Positions 16,974 to 25,134 of a stretch of DNA of 36,702 nt are shown piece by piece. The position numbers and the translations under genes are program-made. The stretch is from a virus (lineage: Duplodnaviria > Caudoviricetes): positions 1 through 36,702 of IMG/VR virus record IMGVR_UViG_3300037787_000010. One strand, 5' to 3'. The notes below the pieces were generated by a model. It was not told where the DNA came from. It searched no databases and saw nothing but the letters and a program-made list of their open reading frames with translations. Numbering within the stretch: the first letter of the stretch is position 1; every line of letters starts with the position of its first letter.

Positions 16974-18380
16974 TCATGGTGTGTAAGTAGCGTCAAAGTC
17001 CGAAACTGCATATACACTCATTAGTGCCGTGTTGGTCTTTCCATAGAGCGAAGTGTCTTGAGATACAGAAACTCTAAAGGCATTGCTTGTACTCGTTTCA
17101 CCTGTTCTACTTGACCATGTGTAGAAGTCGCTGTAACCCGATACAACGCCACGCCTGAATGGGTTGCCACCTTGATAGTAAAGGTTGTCACGATCGAGTA
17201 AGAAGTTCTCTATTTCGTTGTTCGATGGAATCCTCCATGCGTACCCTCCCGCAGCAAGTGAAGAACACGCTGTTATAGCATCCGCCCAATTCACGTTACC
17301 TAAGTTTGCCACGTAAAGCCTAAGACCTGTTAGATGGCATTCGATAACGTAGTCCGTTGCGTCTCCCGGATAGGTCGTAATGAAAGAAGAACCATCCCAA
17401 GCATTATCGCCATTATCAAAGGTAAAACGTGCCGTAGTGCCGTACTTGTTAAGCGTATCCGCATCTAGGGTGTAACTGTCAGCACCAAGCACACGGACAC
17501 GCCCTGTTAGATCTCCGTTCAGTCTATCGTAAACACCTGAATCGTATTGGTCTCCAAGGTCGCCCGTTGCGTAACTTGCCGTAGGAATAGTAGGGCGAAT
17601 GAAGCAAGGTATGATAGATGTCGTGCCACATAGAAGTGCAGATAGCTCATTTCTCAGGTCTGTACTCGCTGCGGTGTAAATGTCACTTGCTGTTGCATCT
17701 AAATTAGATAGTGAATTGAAACTTGTGATGAGGTCTTGCAAGGTTTCACCTGATACTCTACCTACAGCTGCAACACTAGTTATTGGTGCTGTCGCTGTTG
17801 CCCCTCCTGAGTTCTGTATGCTGTAGTTCCGAAGCGTAAAACTCACCCCGCTACCAATCTCTCTAAGCGTGTTCCCGTCTACATCTACAAGCGTGGCAGG
17901 TTGACAGTCCGATGCAGGTGGTGGAGTAACACTATCCGCAGGTAGGTTACACCAAGCAAATCCGTTCTGCTGAGTGATGGTGAAAGATACGTTCCACCCG
18001 GCGACAGTCTGTGTCTGTGAATCCCAAAAGGCATCCATTGAGTTGACTACCAATTCAGCTTGGTCACTCTCCCAATAGGTTTTATTATTCTGCGCAACAG
18101 CGATAAAGTCGAATACCACTTGAGCGAGGTCAGAGTGTATCTCTTGAGTGGGTAACACCTTACCGTCCTCAACTCTAGGGAGGTCAGATATAATAAGGTC
18201 AAAGGTAAACCCTACCATGTTACCCACAGAAGCCGATGCAGGTTGAATGTGAACGTGAGGATATACCATGTCCTTCGCAACTTGCGAGGTTTCATAGTCG
18301 CCCGACGTAACACGGTTCACGAAGTAGTGAGCCTCGAAGAACGCTTTGAACTTTGCTATGAGTTGATTGTATGTATACAT
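16974..18380 (-). CDS. Tail terminator-like N-domain fused to C-terminal DUF1566/Lcl (C-type lectin fold) domain (468 aa)
   Basis: N-terminal ~145 aa with YP.VHI.P, F...I.D, VAGW, C..P; C-terminal WADAITAC..L..GGY.WRIPS..E...WSS. Confidence 0.65.
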   Translation of the reverse strand: MYTYNQLIAKFKAFFEAHYFVNRVTSGDYETSQVAKDMVYPHVHIQPASASVGNMVGFTFDLIISDLPRVEDGKVLPTQEIHSDLAQVVFDFIAVAQNNKTYWESDQAELVVNSMDAFWDSQTQTVAGWNVSFTITQQNGFAWCNLPADSVTPPPASDCQPATLVDVDGNTLREIGSGVSFTLRNYSIQNSGGATATAPITSVAAVGRVSGETLQDLITSFNSLSNLDATASDIYTAASTDLRNELSALLCGTTSIIPCFIRPTIPTASYATGDLGDQYDSGVYDRLNGDLTGRVRVLGADSYTLDADTLNKYGTTARFTFDNGDNAWDGSSFITTYPGDATDYVIECHLTGLRLYVANLGNVNWADAITACSSLAAGGYAWRIPSNNEIENFLLDRDNLYYQGGNPFRRGVVSGYSDFYTWSSRTGETSTSNAFRVSVSQDTSLYGKTNTALMSVYAVSDFDATYTP

Positions 18381-18643
18381 TATCCCATTTTCTTATTTAA
18401 CTCTTCCACCCTCACATCTTCGTAGTAGTTGCAATGAACAAGGAACTGCGTGTAAGGCATTTGCCACAGCTTTTCCTCTTGCACCAAGTCACCACCTGCC
18501 CAGCTCTTTATTAAGTGGATGAATTTCCATTTCTTTGCTAAATGTGGAACTCTTCTTTCATCTCCTTCACTGCTTTCTTCAGTTCCTTCATCATCTTCAT
18601 CTCCAAATTGCTCATTAAGCCCTTTTGCAAAGACAAAAAAAAA
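18380..18643 (-). CDS. -1 frameshift extension of the tail assembly chaperone (gpGT-like; fusion about 247 aa)
   Basis: T9 run (GGT TTT TTT TTG) at 18643-18635; the -1 frame is open (FVFAKGLNEQFGDEDDE...KKWKFIHLIKSWAGGD...KKMG) to a TAA overlapping the next ATG. Confidence 0.85.
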   Translation of the reverse strand, partial: FFFVFAKGLNEQFGDEDDEGTEESSEGDERRVPHLAKKWKFIHLIKSWAGGDLVQEEKLWQMPYTQFLVHCNYYEDVRVEELNKKMG

Positions 18644-19122
18644 CCTAGCACTCCGAGGGCTTGACTCATCTTGTAGTCTAAGAACAGGTCTGCATTATCC
18701 ATACTGTCCCCTGTGTACTTCTCAATACGGTACTTCACATTGTTAACTCCCCACCTTTGCGTGATAGGACGGTAGAGGATAGCGAGTATCTGATGTAGAC
18801 GTTCATCCCTTCCTAAGTCCTCTAAGTGAGCGATGTCAGCCCATGCGCCTGTTGACAGCTTCGATAGGTTAGGCTCGAATCCGTATTCCGTACCGTCAAG
18901 CTCCACAATCTTAGGGAAGTCTAATTCCTGAATGTCAGATATAAGCTCCCTGAATGTTTCATTGGTATGCTTGACCACAGACAAAGGTAGTTCCTTCACT
19001 TCGTCCTCACTCATTCCTGTGGCGACTACACACTTATTTATCTCGCCCCTAGTCTTATGGAACTCGATAAACTGCCCTACTGTAATGTCATTAGGTATCG
19101 GTAGTTCAATCTTGTGTTTCAT
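18538..19122 (-). CDS. Tail assembly chaperone (gpG-like, 194 aa)
   Basis: YGF.PNL...S.G...D and LAILYRPI motifs; slippery GFFL site near the end. Confidence 0.8.
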   Translation of the reverse strand: MKHKIELPIPNDITVGQFIEFHKTRGEINKCVVATGMSEDEVKELPLSVVKHTNETFRELISDIQELDFPKIVELDGTEYGFEPNLSKLSTGAWADIAHLEDLGRDERLHQILAILYRPITQRWGVNNVKYRIEKYTGDSMDNADLFLDYKMSQALGVLGFFLSLQKGLMSNLEMKMMKELKKAVKEMKEEFHI

Positions 19123-19478
19123 ATTAATCTCCTAATTTTATTCTCCCATGAGTTATTGCCCCAAACGGATATACCTATACCCTTATTTGAGTTTATCTTA
19201 TTAATCTCTTGGTTGTCGTCATCTAAGTGAACTTTAATACCTATCTTATCAAAGTAATGAAACTTCCAAGACCCATTAGTGAAGTACACCTCTGTTATAC
19301 CTAGACTATTACACACGTCCCAAAGATCGTTATTCCACTCTTTTGTAGGTGCTTCTGTATCTGACAACCTCGAGGTGAGTACACAAACCCTGTTACCCTT
19401 AGAAATAAGCTGTGAAGCAAACTTCTGAACATCGCTTCTTGTAAGAGTACCATCAAAGTCAAATGATATTGCTTTCAT
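19119..19478 (-). CDS. HAD-superfamily phosphatase-like protein (119 aa)
   Basis: SFDFDGTL, TSR, K, HLDD motifs; TATATTTG lies 4 nt upstream of the ATG, so possibly leaderless. Confidence 0.8.
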   Translation of the reverse strand: MKAISFDFDGTLTRSDVQKFASQLISKGNRVCVLTSRLSDTEAPTKEWNNDLWDVCNSLGITEVYFTNGSWKFHYFDKIGIKVHLDDDNQEINKINSNKGIGISVWGNNSWENKIRRLI

Positions 19479-19496
19479 ACCTCAAATATAAAAAGA

Positions 19497-19523
19497 AAGC
19501 CCCTGCGGTGAACAGAGGCTTAA
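19497..19523 (-). terminator. Probable terminator
   Basis: Minus strand AAGCCTCTG-TTCACCG-CAGGGGCTT-TCTTTTT. Confidence 0.65.
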
Positions 19524-19544
19524 AATTAGAGTGGGAGGGGGTTA

Positions 19545-20192
19545 TTATAGCATCTCGTAGATTTCATCCCAATAGTTTCCGCCTTGTAATGATTCATCCC
19601 ACTTAAATGAATTACCACTTTTATACCAAAGCAACTCATTTCCATAACAAGTACTCATCTTCACCCTATCCAAATTACCTAAATCCATTTGCATGATAAA
19701 CCGAATAGCCTCCAATGCCTTTCGCTCGTCTTTCGGGTAAATCTTTTCAATGATACCCTTAGCGATGAAGTCACGGGAGGATAGGGGTTGGTCTGCTTTA
19801 ACCTCATGCGGTTGGCTTACGTGGTTAGGGTTGACTTGTTCTATGCAAGACTCTTCAGCTTCCTTACCTGTGTATGTTAACCTAAACGGACTACTCAACT
19901 CCTTCACTTTCGCCTCCAACTCTTCAACTCGCTTTTCGATGTCGCTTGATTCTTTATTAACTTCCGTTAATGGAACAGCCCACTTATCCTTTTTAGCGTC
20001 GTAAAGCCAAGCGTGAAAAATTCCAAACTCTACTATACTTGAAATATCATCACTTACGTCAATCTCAAAATCATTCCAAGTCCAATTACGATTAACGTCC
20101 TTATTATGATAAGCACACCTAAACGGCACACCCTCGTAAAGTCCTCGTTTCTCCGCTTCCTTGCGGAACTGTTTCATGTTCTTGAATTTCAT
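19545..20192 (-). CDS. Hypothetical protein (215 aa); N-domain paralogous to the exonuclease N-extension
   Basis: Shared G..EG..RCA, W.W, H.WLY.A...K.A.P pattern. Confidence 0.75.
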   Translation of the reverse strand: MKFKNMKQFRKEAEKRGLYEGVPFRCAYHNKDVNRNWTWNDFEIDVSDDISSIVEFGIFHAWLYDAKKDKWAVPLTEVNKESSDIEKRVEELEAKVKELSSPFRLTYTGKEAEESCIEQVNPNHVSQPHEVKADQPLSSRDFIAKGIIEKIYPKDERKALEAIRFIMQMDLGNLDRVKMSTCYGNELLWYKSGNSFKWDESLQGGNYWDEIYEML

Positions 20193-20202
20193 AGCGTTTT
20201 GT

Positions 20203-20415
20203 TTATATCTGTTCTGCTAATATTTCGTAATCCTCGCCTATCAAGAATTCCTTAATTCCTTCTCTTTGATTTTGTAGTGCCTTCTTAACTTCATGCTCAG
20301 CGTATTCCTCTATAAGACCATATAGGCTCGTGAGGTCATTCATAGAAATTACCGATTCAATATGGGCTGACCCATACTCACTTTCAAAATAGTTTTTTGC
20401 TTTTTCTAGTGTCAT
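20203..20415 (-). CDS. Hypothetical protein (70 aa)
   Basis: Shares the leader AAACAAAACGCT-ATG with the next gene; promoter upstream. Confidence 0.75.
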   Translation of the reverse strand: MTLEKAKNYFESEYGSAHIESVISMNDLTSLYGLIEEYAEHEVKKALQNQREGIKEFLIGEDYEILAEQI

Positions 20416-20431
20416 AGCGTTTTGTTTTCCT

Positions 20432-20462
20432 CAAAGCTAAGGATTAAAAATAACCTGTGCAA
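20432..20462 (-). promoter_or_regulatory. Bacteroidota sigma70-type promoter
   Basis: TTG-N20-TAGCTTTG. Confidence 0.75.
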
Positions 20463-20633
20463 CTATTTCCTGAAAAACCCGGTAGCAAATCCATCAGCTA
20501 TGAAGATGCCCGTGAAGAAGATAGGCACTACGACACGAAGCCATGTAGGGTCGTTGCTCTTAATCGCATAAGCTATTGAGCCCACGAATAGAACGAAGGT
20601 TAAAGCTAGGTGAATGTAAGATGCGTTACGCAT
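20463..20633 (-). CDS. Small two-TM protein (56 aa; start re-called to MRNASY)
   Basis: Two hydrophobic segments; 8-nt overlap with the upstream gene. Confidence 0.6.
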   Translation of the reverse strand: MRNASYIHLALTFVLFVGSIAYAIKSNDPTWLRVVVPIFFTGIFIADGFATGFFRK

Positions 20634-20985
20634 AGTAAAAGAATATAGAGCATCCCCAAAACAGGAATGCAAATGAATAGTAAGCCGTTGCCCCGATCTT
20701 CTCATCTATAAACCCGTCAGTATGTCCTTCCCCTAGGTGGAAGACAGGAAAGCCCCTGAACACGTTTAAAGCAATCGGAAACACGAAAGCCCTTGTAGTG
20801 AGAATAACCACCGCCGTGATAACGTCGGGCATCATGAACAGGATAAGAAACCACATTGCAGCGAAAGCATAGTGCCAAGCATTGTTGTCGTCTTTATCCT
20901 GACCGCAGACTGTAAGTCCTTCGATTATCTTGTAATGTGCGAAAGCCTCAGCGATGAACGCAAGGAAGATTAGTACTGGTGTCAT
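20626..20985 (-). CDS. Membrane protein (119 aa)
   Basis: Several hydrophobic helices; ATGA coupling. Confidence 0.7.
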   Translation of the reverse strand: MTPVLIFLAFIAEAFAHYKIIEGLTVCGQDKDDNNAWHYAFAAMWFLILFMMPDVITAVVILTTRAFVFPIALNVFRGFPVFHLGEGHTDGFIDEKIGATAYYSFAFLFWGCSIFFYYA

Positions 20986-21158
20986 TCTTTTGGTGGTTCA
21001 GGTAGTGGCATCCAGTGGGTAACGTTTTTTATATTTCTCTCGCCGTGAAAATCGCGCCAAAAACCTTTATGGAAATAACCAACTTGCGTATCACCGTTAA
21101 AAACTAAAACATCTATCGGTGTTTTAGGAAACCTATCCTTAACTGAAATCCATTCCAT
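20982..21158 (-). CDS. DUF551-like protein (58 aa; start re-called to MEWISV)
   Basis: WISVKDR.P...VTHWMPLPEPP. Confidence 0.85.
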   Translation of the reverse strand: MEWISVKDRFPKTPIDVLVFNGDTQVGYFHKGFWRDFHGERNIKNVTHWMPLPEPPKE

Positions 21159-21162
21159 AACT

Positions 21163-21441
21163 TTATATCTTCGGGTCAACAATAATCTGTATCGGCTCTG
21201 CACCTTCCTCACCTACGTGAGCAACTCTACTCTGCTTAGGTATCACGTACTCAGCTAAGTTCGTCCACAGCTTTACCGCTGCTTCAGGGTCTTGCTCTGC
21301 GACTTCTTGCCACAGTACGATTACTTGTCCTGACGTGCCGTTAATGAAATCGGCAATAGCCTTCTTCGCTGTCACCGTTGACTTATTCGCCGCCCCTTTT
21401 GGTCTACCGGCAGGGTTACCGCTCTCTCCGGGTTTAAACAT
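21163..21441 (-). CDS. DUF5681-type protein, probable terminase small subunit (92 aa)
   Basis: FKPGESGNPAGRPKG motif. Confidence 0.7.
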   Translation of the reverse strand: MFKPGESGNPAGRPKGAANKSTVTAKKAIADFINGTSGQVIVLWQEVAEQDPEAAVKLWTNLAEYVIPKQSRVAHVGEEGAEPIQIIVDPKI

Positions 21442-21446
21442 TGTTC

Positions 21447-21686
21447 CTAATTGTTGTTATCAAGTTTTTTGAATAGCTTTATTAAGAGCCGAGAAATTAA
21501 AACCAATGGACTAAATAATAAAACCATAGGGTAAAAAAATGAAAGAGTTACCAAAAGCACAAACTCTACCTCGTCAGGATTTTCTTCATAAAAGAAATAA
21601 TACCCAATAGCAAAAATAACACAAGCCCAAAACAAATACAACCCTAAGTAAATCCATTCCATATCTAGCGTTTTAACATTTATCAA
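21447..21686 (-). CDS. AT-rich small membrane protein
   Basis: Two hydrophobic segments. Confidence 0.55.
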   Translation of the reverse strand: MINVKTLDMEWIYLGLYLFWACVIFAIGYYFFYEENPDEVEFVLLVTLSFFYPMVLLFSPLVLISRLLIKLFKKLDNNN

Positions 21687-22140
21687 CCTTCTTCAAGTAC
21701 AACCTAATCTCTTCAAGCCTATTCCTCCTACAATCTCCGCATCCTGTCCCTCTAGGGTTTATATGCCGTCCAGCATCTCCCATTAATTCCTTATAGACTT
21801 CATACACTTTAATAAGGTTCGCTTTAGTAGGTTCACCTTCATATCGCTCATACACTTCCCTCACCTTGTCCACGTGCTGTTCTCCCCATCCTTCGTATGC
21901 ACCCCACTTCCCGGCAGGACATGAAGCGAAAGCCCATTGCGTTTTCTCGTTCATAAAGCAACCGCAGAGTGTAATGTTCTTATTTTGGTATTTCACTTTC
22001 TCGTTGATCGTGCCACACCTTCCCGCTTCTGTATAGAACTTACACCGCTTACACTTAGCCATACGTTCTTTAATGACTTCACGCATACCTTCGTCTTTAC
22101 GAAAGCGTTTGAATACTTGTTGTATTAGTCCCATGTTCAC
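21673..22140 (-). CDS. Cys-rich putative Zn-binding protein (155 aa)
   Basis: R...C..C, CGC...K......CP.GKW, C..C. Confidence 0.75.
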   Translation of the reverse strand: MNMGLIQQVFKRFRKDEGMREVIKERMAKCKRCKFYTEAGRCGTINEKVKYQNKNITLCGCFMNEKTQWAFASCPAGKWGAYEGWGEQHVDKVREVYERYEGEPTKANLIKVYEVYKELMGDAGRHINPRGTGCGDCRRNRLEEIRLYLKKVDKC

Positions 22141-22144
22141 AAAA

Positions 22145-22642
22145 TTAGTAATCTTTTACTTTATCTGCAAGTAAATCCATTGTTTCTTTGATTATCCGGT
22201 AAACCGTGTCGTATGGTATCTCAAGCAGTTTCGCTATTTCAGGAGTAGAGTAACCGCTTATCCGCATTATCATGAACGTGCGCTCGACATAGTGAAAGTC
22301 ATTCAGTAGGTGTTCAGCGATGAGTTGCATGAGTGCTTTATCGTCTATCCCGTTAACCGCCCGAAGTGAGTACGTTTGCAGCTCATCTTCAATCCGTGAT
22401 GGGCTTATCCATGTACGGTGAAAAGTAGCGTTAGGCATACAGAGTTCGTAGTTCATCTTACACTTAATCCACGCAACGGGGTCTTTGATTTTCTTTTTAT
22501 CTTTGTGTGATAGGTAGGAATGTATAACGTCGTGCAGTAGATCCTGGTGAATGTCCACCCTATTATACTGCCCTGTTTTCTTAAAGGCAAAGTCCTTTAG
22601 TTCCTTGTAATGCTTCCCAAAAATTTCAGTATCTAAACTCAC
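22145..22642 (-). CDS. ECF-sigma-like/HTH transcription factor (165 aa), probable late activator
   Basis: DLLHDV region-2-like segment; GYS..EIA..L.I...TV region-4 HTH; heads the late strand. Confidence 0.7.
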   Translation of the reverse strand: MSLDTEIFGKHYKELKDFAFKKTGQYNRVDIHQDLLHDVIHSYLSHKDKKKIKDPVAWIKCKMNYELCMPNATFHRTWISPSRIEDELQTYSLRAVNGIDDKALMQLIAEHLLNDFHYVERTFMIMRISGYSTPEIAKLLEIPYDTVYRIIKETMDLLADKVKDY

Positions 22643-22649
22643 TATTTAG

Positions 22650-22817
22650 TTATTTACTAGATATTGATGTAATGTTTTTTCTTGTTTCATACTTTCTTAT
22701 TATCGCTAAATCTCTTTGATTTTGCTCATTAAAAAAAGACTGAATAGAACTTGGTATAAAAATTTCACCTCTTGCAGCTATCCTTAATTTAGCTCCTAAA
22801 TATTCATCTATATACAT
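22650..22817 (-). CDS. Small hypothetical ORF (55 aa, MYIDEYLG...)
   Basis: Manual translation; fills the gap upstream of the sigma-like gene. Confidence 0.4.
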   Translation of the reverse strand: MYIDEYLGAKLRIAARGEIFIPSSIQSFFNEQNQRDLAIIRKYETRKNITSISSK

Positions 22818-22822
22818 CTTAT

Positions 22823-22854
22823 TTTGTGTATGTCGTTTTTTTTATGCTTCTTTG
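22823..22854 (+). promoter_or_regulatory. Probable promoter of the replication operon (divergent region)
   Basis: TTTG...CTTCTTTG, resembling 8455-8486. Confidence 0.45.
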
Positions 22855-22878
22855 CTCTCGCAATATAAATAAAATCTT

Positions 22879-22989
22879 ATGGCACAGATACAGAAAACCA
22901 TTGAACCTGACAAGCGATTAAGTTTTAACGCATGGCACAGGTACTTGAGAAGGGAGTTGAACAAGAAATACAAAATAAAGAACAGATGA
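22879..22989 (+). CDS. Small protein, 36 aa (MAQIQKTIEPDKRLSFNAWHRYLRRELNKKYKIKNR)
   Basis: A-rich leader; ATGA coupling to 22986; below the ORF-track cutoff. Confidence 0.6.
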   Translation: MAQIQKTIEPDKRLSFNAWHRYLRRELNKKYKIKNR

Positions 22990-23507
22990 ACAACATGGAC
23001 ATACGCAAGGAAATCAAGGACTGTATTTGCACAACCCTTGTGATTGGTAATAAGGAGAGTATTGAATTGGCTTTAGATAAGATAATAAAGTGTCTCTACA
23101 AACATGAGAACTCGCTTGACTTGAGTAATCCAATAGACAAGATGGAGTTTTGTCTTGAGAAGGCTATCAAGGCTTCAAAAGAAGTGAACGTTGGCTATAA
23201 GCCTAATGCTTTAGGAGTAAATATATTTAACCCGGACTTTGGTATTGAGGACATGAAGGGAGATGTACGTTACTTGCCTTATGCAGATGCTCGGCACATT
23301 TTCTTTTATTACGCAAAAAGAGTTCTGAATGTTAAGACAATGGCTTCTATTGGTGGTTATCTGAACAGAGACCACAGTACAGCATTGCACGGGATTAGAA
23401 AAGTAAAAGGACGTATTAATGTTGATAAGGATTATAGGGAGGTTATAGACAGGATTGAAAAGGAGATAGTTTTTTATCTGCAAAATTACGGAAACGCAAT
23501 CGACTAA
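22986..23507 (+). CDS. Protein with DnaA domain IV (C-terminal HTH), 173 aa
   Basis: AR.I..Y.......SIG..L.RDHST.LH..RK; no AAA+ domain; start re-called from the ATGA overlap. Confidence 0.85.
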   Translation: MNNMDIRKEIKDCICTTLVIGNKESIELALDKIIKCLYKHENSLDLSNPIDKMEFCLEKAIKASKEVNVGYKPNALGVNIFNPDFGIEDMKGDVRYLPYADARHIFFYYAKRVLNVKTMASIGGYLNRDHSTALHGIRKVKGRINVDKDYREVIDRIEKEIVFYLQNYGNAID

Positions 23508-23525
23508 GCAGAACGTAACGCATTA

Positions 23526-23572
23526 TGTACCCACAAGTGTACCCACAAGTGTACCCACAAGTGTACCCACAA
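23526..23572. repeat. Four tandem 12-bp repeats TGTACCCACAAG (iteron/DnaA-box-like)
   Basis: 3 perfect copies plus an 11/12 copy; intergenic. Confidence 0.95.
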
Positions 23573-23588
23573 ATTTTTGGAAGGCTAA

Positions 23589-24251
23589 ATGAAGTTTAGA
23601 GAAAAAAAAAGCACGGAAGAAGCTCTTACAGAATTGCAGGAAATGACTGGTATTACTAACCGTTCAGAGCTTGTGGAGCGTTCTATCCTGATGGCTGTTA
23701 TTCTTGGAAAGCTAGATGAAGAAAATTTCAAAAAAAATCTACTGTATAGTAGTTTGTATAGGAATAATACTCTTGTAGAGGTATTAACTAGCATAGGTAT
23801 ATACCCTACTAAGGACTATACTAAGTATAGCTCTACTAAGTATAGTAGTAAAAAACATGAAGAATTTTCTGTAATTCCAAATAAAACAGAAGAAAGTTAT
23901 CAACAAATTACATTAAGCGATAAGGTAAAGACCGCAATGCCTTTCGGTGAACAGTTCGCTGAGGCTTGGCTAGGGTGGAGAAGACACGTGAAGCACAGGA
24001 CTAGAACGCACTTAACACCTGACCAGGAACTTGCACAATTCAAAAGGATTACCGATAATTGCAAGACCGAAGAAGAAGCGGTAAACATCATTAACACATC
24101 AATAGCACAGAACTATGCAGGACTCATTATCCCCACAAGACAAGCTAATCATTCAGGAAAAGGAAAAGGCTTTACAGGTATTGACCCAGAAGATTTCCGA
24201 GCTGAAGCAGAAAGACTACGGAATGATCTCAAGCAGAGACGCTCATCTTAA
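23589..24251 (+). CDS. Putative replication initiator (220 aa)
   Basis: C-terminal F.EAW..W......Q...I...EA..II..SI..NY.GL domain; low-complexity linker with internal DNA repeats. Confidence 0.65.
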   Translation: MKFREKKSTEEALTELQEMTGITNRSELVERSILMAVILGKLDEENFKKNLLYSSLYRNNTLVEVLTSIGIYPTKDYTKYSSTKYSSKKHEEFSVIPNKTEESYQQITLSDKVKTAMPFGEQFAEAWLGWRRHVKHRTRTHLTPDQELAQFKRITDNCKTEEEAVNIINTSIAQNYAGLIIPTRQANHSGKGKGFTGIDPEDFRAEAERLRNDLKQRRSS

Positions 24252-24741
24252 CGGCAGTCAGGTAACGATAATCTATGAAGACGACTCCAATACCCTTCTC
24301 ACGCAATTACAGGGGGCAATTTTAGACGTTTACATGGAATTGGATAAACAACCCTTGAAAGCATCTCGGACGGCTTCTGAGGTACTTAAAATGCTTCTAC
24401 GGGATTATTACTACATGAAGTACGAAGAGTTCATGTTAGTTTTCCGAATGATGAAGGAGGGTAAGTTCGGTTCGTTCTATGGTAAGTTAGGGCTTGCAGA
24501 GTTTCAACGTAGCTTCAAAGAATACGACACATCGGAGGAACGCAGTTTGATGTGGGAAAATTTGCACAAGTCAAAAAAGATAGATACATTGCCGGAGATT
24601 ACCGCAGAGATGTACGACGAGGCGATAGAGCGCATGAAGCAAGAGGCGAATGAAAAGGTAAGTTCAGAAGATGCTAATGCGCTTTACAAGAAATTGAAAG
24701 CAGAGTATTCAAATGTAAAATCGGATAAAAACCCGATATAG
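24223..24741 (+). CDS. Putative helicase loader/replication accessory protein
   Basis: Follows the initiator; Y...K.EE...F.....G.FG..Y pattern; start uncertain (24115 or 24223). Confidence 0.5.
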   Translation: MISSRDAHLNGSQVTIIYEDDSNTLLTQLQGAILDVYMELDKQPLKASRTASEVLKMLLRDYYYMKYEEFMLVFRMMKEGKFGSFYGKLGLAEFQRSFKEYDTSEERSLMWENLHKSKKIDTLPEITAEMYDEAIERMKQEANEKVSSEDANALYKKLKAEYSNVKSDKNPI

Positions 24742-24778
24742 ACGATTATCGGATAAAAAGCCTATAAAACAAGATATT

Positions 24779-25057
24779 ATGTCAAACAAGAATCATAAAA
24801 TAACAATTCCGTACTCGGATTATGAAAAGTATTTAGAGGTGATGGAATTTTATGAAGCATTAAAAAATGGAGATAAATCTATTGAGGCTCGCACTGTTAA
24901 CGCTTGGTTCGATTATGGTGATACCGTATATAGTTTTATTGACACTGAGGTCATCAATAAAGAATTGCTCAAATCCTTGGAATACCTTAAAAAAGAAAAT
25001 AAAAGACTTATAAGAACCATAGAAAAGCCAAAACAAAAAAAATGGTGGAAAACATGA
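24779..25057 (+). CDS. Hypothetical protein (92 aa)
   Basis: ORF with A-rich leader. Confidence 0.7.
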   Translation: MSNKNHKITIPYSDYEKYLEVMEFYEALKNGDKSIEARTVNAWFDYGDTVYSFIDTEVINKELLKSLEYLKKENKRLIRTIEKPKQKKWWKT

Positions 25058-25134
25058 AACACTTAACAGAATGCAACGAAGTCCTCGTTCTATGGGAGGA
25101 CGGGGAGTATAGACCTGAAAACATACTAGCATGA
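25054..25134 (+). CDS. Micro-ORF, 26 aa (MKHLTECNEVLVLWEDGEYRPENILA)
   Basis: ATGA overlaps at both ends. Confidence 0.45.
   Translation: MKHLTECNEVLVLWEDGEYRPENILA

Noticed and set aside
16974-17300. Diversity-generating retroelement
   Set aside because: CLec-like domain present, but no reverse transcriptase and no second copy of the 3' region seen.
23526-23572. CRISPR array
   Set aside because: 12-bp units with no spacers and no cas genes.
23602-23610. A9 run near the initiator start as a recoding site
   Set aside because: The frame is intact and the upstream mini-ORF stops before the run; no supporting alternative product.
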